Source: Candidatus Peribacteria bacterium
Lineage (GTDB): Bacteria; Patescibacteriota; Gracilibacteria; Peribacterales; Peribacteraceae
Reading direction: 5' to 3'
DNA: 64,000 nucleotides
Assembly (NCBI GenBank): GCA_003483925.1
Contig: DMXL01000007.1
Location: 30,504 to 94,503 of the forward strand
Shown here: in pieces, positions 10,101-18,257 of the stretch
How the letters are laid out: each line of letters starts with the position of its first letter
How positions within the stretch are numbered: position 1 is the stretch's first letter
Made by a program: the position numbers and the translations under genes
Notes under the pieces: model-generated
What the model was told of the DNA's origin: nothing
The model's input: the letters and a program-made list of their open reading frames with translations, nothing else
Database searches by the model: none

Positions 10101-13100
10101 AGTAGCTCGAGGCCGCAGTCGAATCCGTCGCCCAGACGAGCTGCCCGGCTCCGTCCGTCTTGAGGACTTTGCCGGAGGCGGCGCCATCACCGTACGGGAA
10201 CGTGTAGGTGACGCCGTTCAATTTCAGAGTCGAGCCGAAGGATGCGGCACCCGTGATGGAGAGGGTTCCGGTGGCAGAGAGGTTGCCGGTGGCATTGAGA
10301 TTGCCGGTGACGATGGCGCCGCCGTTCAAGTAGGCCAAACCATCGACGGATAAGGTGCCGGAAGACGTGAGGCGATCTTGTGCGTGGACGAGGCGGCCGG
10401 ACATGGTGCCGATGACTTCGAGGGTGGTTTCGGGAGTGGTGGTGCCGATACCGACACTTCCGTCGAGAACGGTGGTCCCGGACACGGAGAGATTGCCCCA
10501 GATATCCGCACCTTGATCGACCCGCAGACTGGATCCCGACATGTTGCCGCGGATTTTGAAGTTGCCGGTCACCGTTCCGCCGCCGTTCAAGTAGGCGAGA
10601 CCGTCAATGGAGAGAGTCCCCGTGCCCGCGATATTACCGCTCGTCGTCTGGTTCCCCGCAATAATCGCTCCCCCGTTTAAGTACGCGATGCCGTCGATGG
10701 AGAGCGTGCCCGTTCCAGCGATGTTGCCGGAGGTATTCAGGTTTCCCGTGATGATGGTGTTGTTATTCAGATAGATCAATCCGTCGACAGAAAGAGCGCC
10801 GGACGAAGTGAGACGATCCTGGGCATGGACGAGACGGCCGGAAGCCGTGCCCATGATCTCGAGAGAGGAGCCTGTGATGGTCGAAGTGAGTGTGAAGACG
10901 GATCCTGCGAGGGTGAGACCCTGACCGGCGGCGTAGGAGCCGCCCGTATTGTCATCCGTCGCCCAGACGAGCTGCCCTGCGCCATCTGTCTTGAGCACTT
11001 TGCCGGAGGCCGCGCCATCGCCCCACGGGAAGGTGTAGGTGACGCCGTTTAAAGAAAGCGTGGAGCCGAAGACGGCAGCGCCATTGAAGTAGCTGGTACC
11101 GTCGATGGAGAGAGTGCCCGTGGCGGAGAAATTGCCGGTGGCATTGAGATTCCCCGTCACGACGGCGCCACCGTTTAAGTAGGCAAGACCGTCAATCGAG
11201 AGCGTTCCTGTGCCAGCGATGTTTCCGCTCGTCGTCTGATTCCCCGTAATGACCGCTCCCCCGTTCAAGTAGGCGAGGCCGTCGATGGAGAGCGTACCGG
11301 TTCCTGCGATGTTCCCTGTGGTATTGAAGTTGCCTGTCACGACAGTGTCCGCATTCAGGAAGACCAAACCATCCACGGAGAGAGCACCGGAGGAGGTCAG
11401 ACGATCCTGGGCGTGGACGAGACGGCCGGAGGCGGTCCCCATGACCTCGAGAGATGTCCCGGAGAAGGAATTGGAAAGTGAAAAGACCGTGCCTGCGAGG
11501 GTGAGACCTTGGCCGGCTGCCACGGAGCCGACGGTATTGTCGTCCGTGGCCCAGATGAGCTGGCCCGCTCCATCCGTTTTGAGAACTTTTCCTGAAGCGG
11601 CGCCATCCCCATACGGGAAGGTGTAGGTGACGCCGTTCAATTTCAGAGTCGAGCCGAAGGATGCGACACCCGTGATGGAGAGGGTGCCCGATCCTGCAAT
11701 GTTGCCGGTCGTCACTTGATTCCCCGTGATGACGGTGTTGTTGTTAAGGAAGATCAAACCATCCACGGAGAGGGCGCCGGACGAAGTGAGGCGATCTTGG
11801 GCGTGGACGAGGCGGCCGGAAGCGGTGCCCATGATCTCGAGTGAGGAACCTGTAAGGGTCGAGGAGAGAGAGAAGACGCTTCCCGCAAGCGTGAGACCCT
11901 GGCCGACTGTGTACGTCCCGCCCGTGGTGTCATCCGTGGCCCAGACGAGTTGCCCGGCACCGTTCGTCTTGAGGACTTTGCCGGAGGCGGCTCCGTCGCC
12001 CCAAGGGAAGGTGTAGGTGACACCATTGAGAGAGAGTGTGGAGCCGAAGATGGCGGCGCCATTGAAGTAGCTGGTGCCGTCGATGGAGAGCGTGCCCGTG
12101 GCGGAGAGATTGCCGGTGGCATTGAGATTCCCCGTCACGACGGCGCCACCGTTTAAGTAGGCCAGACCATCCACGGACAAGGTGCCGGAGGAGGCCAAGG
12201 AATCACGTACCCGTAAGCTATGACCGGACATGGTCCCAATAACTTCGAGGGCGGTTGTGGGACTTTGTGTGCCGATACCAACATTGGCATCGAAAATTGC
12301 ATCTCCGCTCGCTACATACAATCCCCAATTCGTGGCAGCTCCGCTTGCATAGCCATAGACTCCAATATTTTTCGTTGATGCTCCCACCGCCGAAGCCACC
12401 ACTCCGTATTTTGTCCCCGCACCTGCATGGTTTGAGTACAAATACGCCGCTCTATCGACGAGAGGATCTGCATTGTACACTTCAAATTTCCCCAACGGAT
12501 TCGCAAGTCCAATCGCCACTTGCCCAGTTGCAATATTTGTAAAGAGAAGTGGTGCTGCCCCTGTTCCCGTGACATAGAGGCTCTTGCCCGACATCGTGCC
12601 GGTTGCCGTGAGGTTCCCCGTGACGCGCGTATTGTTGTTGAGATACGTAAGGCCATCGATGGAAAGTGTACCGGTTCCCGCGATGTTCCCTGTGGTATTG
12701 AAATTCCCCGTCACAACCGTGTTGTTGTTGAGGAAGATCAAACCGTCCACGGACAGGGTGCCGGAAGACGTGAGGCGGTCTTGTGCATGAACGAGGCGGC
12801 CGGAGGCAGTCCCCATGACCTCAAGACTGGACCCCGTGATGGTCGAAGAGAGCGTGAAGACGGATCCGGCGAGCGTGAGACCCTGGCCGGCGGAGTAGCT
12901 GGTACCGGTATTCGCATCCGTGGCCCAGATGAGCTGGCCTGCTCCATCCGTTTTGAGCACTTTGCCGGAGGCAGAGCCGTCGCCATACGGGAACGTGTAG
13001 GTGACGCCGTTCAGTTTGAGTGTCGAACCGAAGGACGCGGCACCGGTGATGGAGAGAGTGCCCGATCCTGCAATGTTGCCAGTCGTCACAAGATTTCCTG

Positions 13101-16100
13101 TAATGAGAGCACCACCATTGAGGTAGGCCAGACCATCCACGGACAAGGTGCCGGAGGAGGCCAAGGAGTCACGCATGCGCAAGCTGTGACCGGACATGGC
13201 TCCGTTCACCTCGAGAGTAGTCGTTGGATTGCTTGTTCCGATACCGACACTGCCATCGTTTGCAATTCTCATCCTTTCGTAATTCGTACCAGTGACCCTC
13301 GTCCCGAAGGTCAGATACCCTTCATTCGTTGTATTGCCAATGTAGATTTCTGCCTGATCGTTGCCTGTCCAATAGATTTTGCTGCCATCATCAACAACAG
13401 CGAAGGATAGATTATTATCCGTTCCACGAACACCGAAACGGTTATTGACGTCCATTGTGTAGCCGGACGTCGGCGTCGCCACTCCAATACCAACCCAACC
13501 ATTGGCAATATCTGTGATAATGAGCGGCGATGCTCCTGTTCCCGTGACGTAGAGGCTCCTGCCCGACATCGTTCCGGTCGCCGTGAGATTGCCCGTAACG
13601 CGGGTGTTATTGTTCAAGTAGGTGAGACCGTCGATCGAGAGCGTGCCTGAGCCTGCGATGTTCCCCGTGGTATTCAGGTTTCCCGTGATCACCGTGTTGT
13701 TGTTGAGGAAGATCAAACCGTCCACGGACAGGGTGCCGGAAGACGTGAGGCGGTCTTGTGCATGAACGAGGCGGCCGGAGGCGGTCCCCATGACCTCAAG
13801 ACTGGACCCCGTGATGGTCGAAGAAAGCGTGAAGACGGATCCGGCGAGCGTGAGGCCCTGGCCGGCGGAGTAGCTGGTGCCGGTATTCGCATCCGTGGCC
13901 CAGATGAGCTGGCCCGCTCCATCCGTCTTGAGCACTTTTCCTGAAGCGGCGCCGTCTCCGTACGGGAAGGTGTAGGTGACGCCGTTCAATTTCAGAGTCG
14001 AGCCGAACGATGCGGCACCGGTGACGGAGAGGGTGCCGGAACCGGCGATATTGCCGGAGGTCACTTGGTTCCCCGTAATAACCGCTCCCCCGTTCAAGTA
14101 GGCGAGGCCGTCGATGGAGAGTACTCCGGAAGCGGAGAGGCCTCCCTTCACCCACAGCGCATCATCGGTCGCGAGGAGATTCGCGGCTTTGCGGTAGAGA
14201 TTCACGTCATACGTCCCCTGGTATCCGAAGAGCAGATGCGGATTCAAGACATTGGTGCCGTCCGTCGCATTGGCGCCGATATCGATGACGAGAGCGGGCT
14301 GGCCCGCAGCCACGGAACGGATGCGCGCACCCGTGCCGTTCACGTTCATGTCGAAGACAGAACCCGCAATGCGCGGAATACTATTCGTCTCAACTCTCAG
14401 CCCGCCCGAGGCGGTGAGGAGATCCTGCGCATGAAGCATGTTGCCGGACATGGTGCCGGCGACTTCGAGCGCGAGTCCGCTTTCGATCACCTGGGAAGCC
14501 GTCCCACCGACCTTGATGAGCAGCCCGCCCGTCATCGTGTCGCCCTGCACCATGACATACCGCGCGTCGCCGGCAGTCGTATCGAGACCGCCTTCATCAG
14601 TTGCCCAAACAAGCTGTCCCGCGCCATTCGTCTTGAGAACCTTTCCGGAAGAGGCGCCATCCCCGTACGGGAACGTATAAGTGACGCCATTGATGCGAAG
14701 GGTCGAACCGAAGACCGTGGCACCGTTTAAGTAGGATGTGCCGTCCACAGAGAGAGCGCCGGAGGACGTCAGGAGACTCTGCGCATGAATGACAGCGCCG
14801 GACATGGTGCCGGCGATCTCGAGCGCAAGGCCGCTCTCGATCACCTGGGAGGCCGTCCCGCCGACCTTGATGAGCAGCCCGCCCGTCATCGTGTCGCCCT
14901 GCACCATCACGTAGCGCCGGTCAGCCGATGTGGTATCCAAGCCACTGCCGGTCGTGTCATCGATCCCGCAGACGAGATTGCCACTCGCATCGGTCTCGAG
15001 AGCGCAGCTCACGAACGATGAGAACTTCACCGTCGCACCGGCGACCGTAAGATTGTCCTGCAGAGAGGCCGCCCCGTCGATCGAGAGGGTTCCCGAGGCG
15101 GCTAAGTTGCCTGATGTGCGGAGAGTGCCCGTTACCACCGTGTTGTTATTGAGATAGACGAGACCGTCGACCGAGAGGGAACCGGAAGCCGCGAGGTTCC
15201 CGTCGATGAGCGTGGCACCCGAGACGGCGAGCGAGCCCCAGATGTCCGCATTGCGATCGACGCGCAGGCTGGAGCCCGACATGTTGCCGCGGACTTTCAG
15301 GTTCCCCGTGACGGTGGCGCCGGCATTCAGGTAGGCGAGACCATCGACGGAGAGCGTGCCGGACGACGTGAGACGATCCTGCGCCCACACGCTGCGACCC
15401 GACATCGTCCCCATGATCTCGAGAGCGGTCCCGGAGAAGGAGTTCGAGAGCGAGAAGCCCGTGCCCGAGAGGGTGAGACCCTGACCGGCGGAGTAGTGAG
15501 TGCCGGTGTTCGCGTCCGTGGCCCACACAAGCTGCCCCGCACCGTTCGTCTTGAGCACTCTGCCCGAGGCAGCACCGTCACCGTAGGGGAACGTGTAGGT
15601 GACGCCATTCAATTTCAGCGTCGATCCGAAGAATGCGGCCCCTTCGATCGAGAGGGTACCGGAACCTGCGATATTGCCGGTGGTCACTTGATTCCCGGTG
15701 ATGAGAACGCCCGCATTGAGATAAGTCAGTCCATCCACAGATAGCGTGCCGGAAGCGGAGAGGTTCCCTGTGACGGATTCGTTTCCCGTGACGATCAAGC
15801 CGCCGTTCAAGGACGCAAGCCCGTCGATGGAGAGGGTGCCGGAGGCCGCGAGGTTGCCCGTGACGGATTCGTTTCCCGTGACGATCAAGCCGCCGTTCAA
15901 GTACGCAAGCCCGTCGATCGACAAGGTTCCCGAACCGGCGATATTGCCGGTCGTCGTGAAATTCCCCGTGACCACCGTGTCGCTGTTCAGGAAGGTGAGG
16001 CCGTCCACCGAGAGAGAGCCGGAGGAGGTCAGGCGATCTTGAGCATGGAGAATGAAACCGGACGCCGTTCCCACAACTTCGAGCAGCACACCCTCCTCCA

Positions 16101-18141
16101 CCGCCGGGATGATCGTGAGACTTCCCGCGGACATGATGAGCAGCCCTCCGGTCATTGTGTCACCGGAAGCCCGCACGTACCGGCGATCCGCATGTGCGAT
16201 CGACATTCCCGTTCCCGTACCGCCTGGACCCACGTCATCGATACCGCAGACGATGTTGCCGGCGGCATCCGTCTCGAGGTTGCAGGTGTCGTATCCTGCG
16301 AGCTTCACCGTATTGCCGAAAGATGCCGTCCCGGTGATGGAGATTGCGCCCGAGCCGCCGATGTTGCCGCCGGTGAGCAAGGTGGTCGCAATGAAGACGG
16401 CGCTGTTCAAGTAGCTGGTTCCGTCCACCGACAGCGTGCCAGAGGCCGAGAGGTTACCCGTGACGGATTCGTTCCCCGTCACGATCAAGCCGCCGTTCAA
16501 ATAGGCCAAACCGTCCACGGACAGGCTGCCGGAAGCAGAGAGTTGATCCTGTACATGGACCGTGCGGCCGGACATGGTGCCGGAAACCTCGAGAGCGAGA
16601 CCTGCTTCGATTGCTTCGGAGGCGGCCCCGCCCACGTGGATGAGGAGACCTCCGGTCATCGTGTCACCAGAAACATTCACGTACCGGTTGTCCGCATCAC
16701 CGATCTCGATGCCGCCCTCGTCCGTGCCGCAGATGAGCACGCCGGACTCCGTCGTGTCGATGGTATTGCAACCCCGCAGACCAGAGAGCAGGAGCGTCGT
16801 ACCAGAGATGGAACCTGCCACCTCGAGTCTCGCACCGGCCTCATTTTTGCCGATCGCCACCGAATCGCCGACCGAGGTCAAACGCACAACCGTCCCGTCA
16901 TCCGTCCATCCGGATATGGCATTCACGACAACCGTTCCCCCATCCGTAGTGGTATCTCCTCCTCCACCACCTCCGCCCCCCCCTCCACCACCGAATCGCC
17001 GATCGCTTCCGGTGCGCTCATCGAGAGGTTGTCGCCCCGTACCGATGGTGGGATTACCCTGATCATCAAGCGGGAAGTCCTTCCACACGGGCTTGCCGTA
17101 CTCGATCGTGAGGTACTGTCCGTCCGTGCCGGGTCCGATGAAGTCCCACATATTCGTCGGGCGGCCATAGACATCCCATCCGCTCGTCGCATTGGGCGCC
17201 CATGCCCACTCGCTCGCTCCGCTGCCCGGAGCCGCTCCGTACATCGGAGAACTTGCGGGACGGGCCACCATGCGTTCCCGCCTGCGTTCCTCAGCACGCA
17301 TCGCCACCTGGTGTGCCGGGGAATCCACCGGTACCCGCAGGAGCACCTCGGCACCCTTGCCGTCCTTGGACGGCTGTTGGGCGACGCCGAGGAACACGAA
17401 GCCGTCACTCATCTTGGCAGTCGCGCCCGCAGTGCTCTCGAGCGTGAGGCGGTGACGAAGGAGATCCGGATCCGTCGAGAGCGTCCGACTGGTCATGACA
17501 TGATTCGCATCGGTCTTCTTCGCCTCTTCGCGGATGGCATAGAGCGGCGAGACATTCGCCAATCCGTTCCCAAATGGGATCACCGTCTGCACGAGACTCG
17601 TCTTGGTCAACCGCACACCGGAGCCAGAGAGGAATTCTCTCGGCAGGTCCTTGAGCTGCATCACATTCCAAACCTGAGAGCCTCGCCCTGTGAGAAATGA
17701 AAGCCACTGAGTCGAAGGACCTCCGCTGCGATTGAGGAGGAGAAGAAAGACCATGAATGCGGCGCCGACGAGCGCGGAACGCACGGGCAGTTTCTGCTTC
17801 TCCGAAAGTGCATGAGGCAGCTCGACCGGTTGCGGCTGTGCCGGCGTCTCCGAAAGGACGACTGCGTGCGCGCGATGCCGGGCGATGTATCGCGTGACCT
17901 GCGCGCGCGACCACCCCGTGATCGCCTGCAAATACCGGCGGACCACCCCCCTCTCAGCACGCGGAAGAGACTCATACCGAACTGTCGTGAGGACCTGCTC
18001 GATACACTCCACACCACGCACCGAAGAATCGACCGGCACCCCACCTTCCGGAGAGCCGAGGAAGGCTCTCATGGAGGCGACCGAAGTCAGGGGGTGGGTG
18101 AAGGGATCCATGTGTGCGTTTTTTGTTTTGGGTGAGCCCAA
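7123..18141 (-). CDS. Giant (3672 aa) membrane-anchored, repeat-rich surface protein with tail-fibre-like repeats
   Basis: Single uninterrupted ORF. It starts at TTG 18141, or more likely at ATG 18111 (MDPFTHPL). The N-terminal soluble part is about 110 aa with an HTH-like VRRYLQAITGWSRAQVTRYIARH, followed by a hydrophobic anchor SALVGAAFMVFLLLLN. A G12 tract comes next, then dozens of G-N-x-x-x-S-G-x-LSVDGLAYLNGG type repeats. I count eight copies of LNGVTYTFP(Y/W)GDGAASGKVLKT.GAGQL.WATD. There is an ADYAEWF..PGELV motif at 9040-9060, and the tail is Ser- and Pro-rich. Confidence 0.85.
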   Translation of the reverse strand: MGSPKTKNAHMDPFTHPLTSVASMRAFLGSPEGGVPVDSSVRGVECIEQVLTTVRYESLPRAERGVVRRYLQAITGWSRAQVTRYIARHRAHAVVLSETPAQPQPVELPHALSEKQKLPVRSALVGAAFMVFLLLLNRSGGPSTQWLSFLTGRGSQVWNVMQLKDLPREFLSGSGVRLTKTSLVQTVIPFGNGLANVSPLYAIREEAKKTDANHVMTSRTLSTDPDLLRHRLTLESTAGATAKMSDGFVFLGVAQQPSKDGKGAEVLLRVPVDSPAHQVAMRAEERRRERMVARPASSPMYGAAPGSGASEWAWAPNATSGWDVYGRPTNMWDFIGPGTDGQYLTIEYGKPVWKDFPLDDQGNPTIGTGRQPLDERTGSDRRFGGGGGGGGGGGGDTTTDGGTVVVNAISGWTDDGTVVRLTSVGDSVAIGKNEAGARLEVAGSISGTTLLLSGLRGCNTIDTTESGVLICGTDEGGIEIGDADNRYVNVSGDTMTGGLLIHVGGAASEAIEAGLALEVSGTMSGRTVHVQDQLSASGSLSVDGLAYLNGGLIVTGNESVTGNLSASGTLSVDGTSYLNSAVFIATTLLTGGNIGGSGAISITGTASFGNTVKLAGYDTCNLETDAAGNIVCGIDDVGPGGTGTGMSIAHADRRYVRASGDTMTGGLLIMSAGSLTIIPAVEEGVLLEVVGTASGFILHAQDRLTSSGSLSVDGLTFLNSDTVVTGNFTTTGNIAGSGTLSIDGLAYLNGGLIVTGNESVTGNLAASGTLSIDGLASLNGGLIVTGNESVTGNLSASGTLSVDGLTYLNAGVLITGNQVTTGNIAGSGTLSIEGAAFFGSTLKLNGVTYTFPYGDGAASGRVLKTNGAGQLVWATDANTGTHYSAGQGLTLSGTGFSLSNSFSGTALEIMGTMSGRSVWAQDRLTSSGTLSVDGLAYLNAGATVTGNLKVRGNMSGSSLRVDRNADIWGSLAVSGATLIDGNLAASGSLSVDGLVYLNNNTVVTGTLRTSGNLAASGTLSIDGAASLQDNLTVAGATVKFSSFVSCALETDASGNLVCGIDDTTGSGLDTTSADRRYVMVQGDTMTGGLLIKVGGTASQVIESGLALEIAGTMSGAVIHAQSLLTSSGALSVDGTSYLNGATVFGSTLRINGVTYTFPYGDGASSGKVLKTNGAGQLVWATDEGGLDTTAGDARYVMVQGDTMTGGLLIKVGGTASQVIESGLALEVAGTMSGNMLHAQDLLTASGGLRVETNSIPRIAGSVFDMNVNGTGARIRSVAAGQPALVIDIGANATDGTNVLNPHLLFGYQGTYDVNLYRKAANLLATDDALWVKGGLSASGVLSIDGLAYLNGGAVITGNQVTSGNIAGSGTLSVTGAASFGSTLKLNGVTYTFPYGDGAASGKVLKTDGAGQLIWATDANTGTSYSAGQGLTLAGSVFTLSSTITGSSLEVMGTASGRLVHAQDRLTSSGTLSVDGLIFLNNNTVITGNLNTTGNIAGSGTLSIDGLTYLNNNTRVTGNLTATGTMSGRSLYVTGTGASPLIITDIANGWVGIGVATPTSGYTMDVNNRFGVRGTDNNLSFAVVDDGSKIYWTGNDQAEIYIGNTTNEGYLTFGTRVTGTNYERMRIANDGSVGIGTSNPTTTLEVNGAMSGHSLRMRDSLASSGTLSVDGLAYLNGGALITGNLVTTGNIAGSGTLSITGAASFGSTLKLNGVTYTFPYGDGSASGKVLKTDGAGQLIWATDANTGTSYSAGQGLTLAGSVFTLSSTITGSSLEVMGTASGRLVHAQDRLTSSGTLSVDGLIFLNNNTVVTGNFNTTGNIAGTGTLSIDGLTYLNNNTRVTGNLTATGTMSGKSLYVTGTGAAPLLFTNIATGQVAIGLANPLGKFEVYNADPLVDRAAYLYSNHAGAGTKYGVVASAVGASTKNIGVYGYASGAATNWGLYVASGDAIFDANVGIGTQSPTTALEVIGTMSGHSLRVRDSLASSGTLSVDGLAYLNGGAVVTGNLNATGNLSATGTLSIDGTSYFNGAAIFGSTLSLNGVTYTFPWGDGAASGKVLKTNGAGQLVWATDDTTGGTYTVGQGLTLAGSVFSLSSTLTGSSLEIMGTASGRLVHAQDRLTSSGALSVDGLIFLNNNTVITGNQVTTGNIAGSGTLSITGVASFGSTLKLNGVTYTFPYGDGAASGKVLKTDGAGQLIWATDDNTVGSVAAGQGLTLAGTVFSLSNSFSGTSLEVMGTASGRLVHAQDRLTSSGALSVDGLVFLNADTVVTGNFNTTGNIAGTGTLSIDGLAYLNGGAVITGNQTTSGNIAGTGTLSIDGLAYLNGGAVVTGNLNATGNFSATGTLSIDGTSYFNGAAVFGSTLSLNGVTYTFPWGDGAASGKVLKTDGAGQLVWATDDNTGGSYAAGQGLTLAGSVFTLTSTITGSSLEIMGTASGRLVHAQDRLTSSGALSVDGLIYLNNNTIITGNLNTSGNIAGTGTLSIDGIAYLNGGAIIAGNQTTSGNIAGTGTLSIDGLAYLNGGGTVTGNFKIRGNMSGSSLRVDQGADIWGNLSVSGTTVLDGSVGIGTTTPETTLEVIGTMSGRLVHAQDRLTSSGTLSVDGLAYLNGGAIVTGNLNATGNLSATGTLSITGAASFGSTLKLNGVTYTFPYGDGAASGKVLKTDGAGQLVWATDSTAASSYSAGQGLTLAGSVFTLTSTITGSSLEIMGTASGRLVHAQDRLTSSGALSVDGLIYLNNNTVITGNLNTSGNIAGTGTLSIDGVSYLNGGAVITGNQVTSGNIAGSGTLSIDGLSYLNAGVLVTGNANVTGNLAATGTLSIDGLAYLNGGGTVTGNFKIRGNMSGSSLRVDQGADIWGNLSVSGTTVLDGKVGIGTTAPETTLEVMGTMSGRRLSVSTSQTTSTGAIYLNMDGNGTGMLIDSEATNAPGLVIDMNAKSGSAPHLLFGYQGTFDTNLYRASGSTLATDDKLYLKALNADNRESLIIDTEETTGSQNVFKVISDVVGDEDISFRVTADGHVYSDNAYASTGADYAEWFFTSQEDLKPGELVCIDLDRKNAVIRCPDAADPNVVGIVSTRPAFVGNTITGADGIPVPGTVLVGLIGQIPAKVIVEKGLAIRTGDALTPASIPGYARRAQAGEPTVGVALEPLSAGQGSVSVLISRRNSSLTVEAVEQHVATAVAELKIEDEVQLLVTGAVDRLDPARLVNLLLAYTGSTLLKAPVVPSKQELVSAVTDAVTRQSLTVTGSLTVANQFTVSGPAFFRSDLTVRGAMRVTNLYVDGTIHAAAVSTTSGATLRGTVNVEGTLLLNGKTFSPEAIDTSTGAAVDIESIMVRKGLTVLGNVTISGLAKFLGTVDVQGELRVSSNQAGYAFIPKTGTAVTVEFSRPFYATPVVSASADTPVLYGVTTATSTGFSIRLAEPARQPILFSWLALATNAPKTAEGMGSQPEPQLLPFPVDSLGVPVSSSAIWNGCIRGQVPLDSDGRPFNCSRYHQDYVWTHPDLLMEFNWNAERNPRLILPDGFQPVVAEDIVITPPPSEPIVETGSTVAPDEPPAGSGSTVETGSSSSSESSVVSSASSSSSEQSSALSSEAPESSSSSSSSSEQQSSAASSAVSSASSEAAQSSVSSSAEGQGSSEASSAADTPPEETPPQEPSAEPPPVVPAESTPAEQSVP

Positions 18142-18164
18142 GTGAGCCTTAGGCTCATCTCAGA

Positions 18165-18193
18165 ATTATAGCGTATTTTGGCTTCCAATTCAA
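18165..18193 (-). promoter_or_regulatory. Sigma70-like promoter of the giant gene (TTGAAT-N17-TATAAT)
   Basis: Reverse complement of 18188-18193 is TTGAAT and of 18165-18170 is TATAAT, with a 17-nt spacer. This predicts a leader of about 45 nt to the ATG at 18111. Confidence 0.5.
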
Positions 18194-18257
18194 CATCCGA
18201 AGAGAGGGGTGTCAAACAGACCTGACAGGCCGCCGAAATGGGCTTCGTTGCACCCCC

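Noticed and set aside
8296-10353. Long plus-strand ORFs inside the giant gene (for example 8296..10353 at 685 aa, 16039..17700 at 553 aa, 12520..13410 and 14065..14730)
   Set aside because: They lie antisense to a continuous 3672-aa ORF with coherent repeats. Their products are Arg/Gly/Asp-rich low-complexity strings typical of shadow frames in GC-rich repetitive DNA.
7123-18141. Prophage or phage tail-fibre gene call for the giant ORF
   Set aside because: No capsid, terminase, baseplate, integrase or lysis genes flank it. It has a membrane anchor and housekeeping or glycosylation neighbours. The tail-fibre-like repeats are more simply read as a cellular surface fibre.
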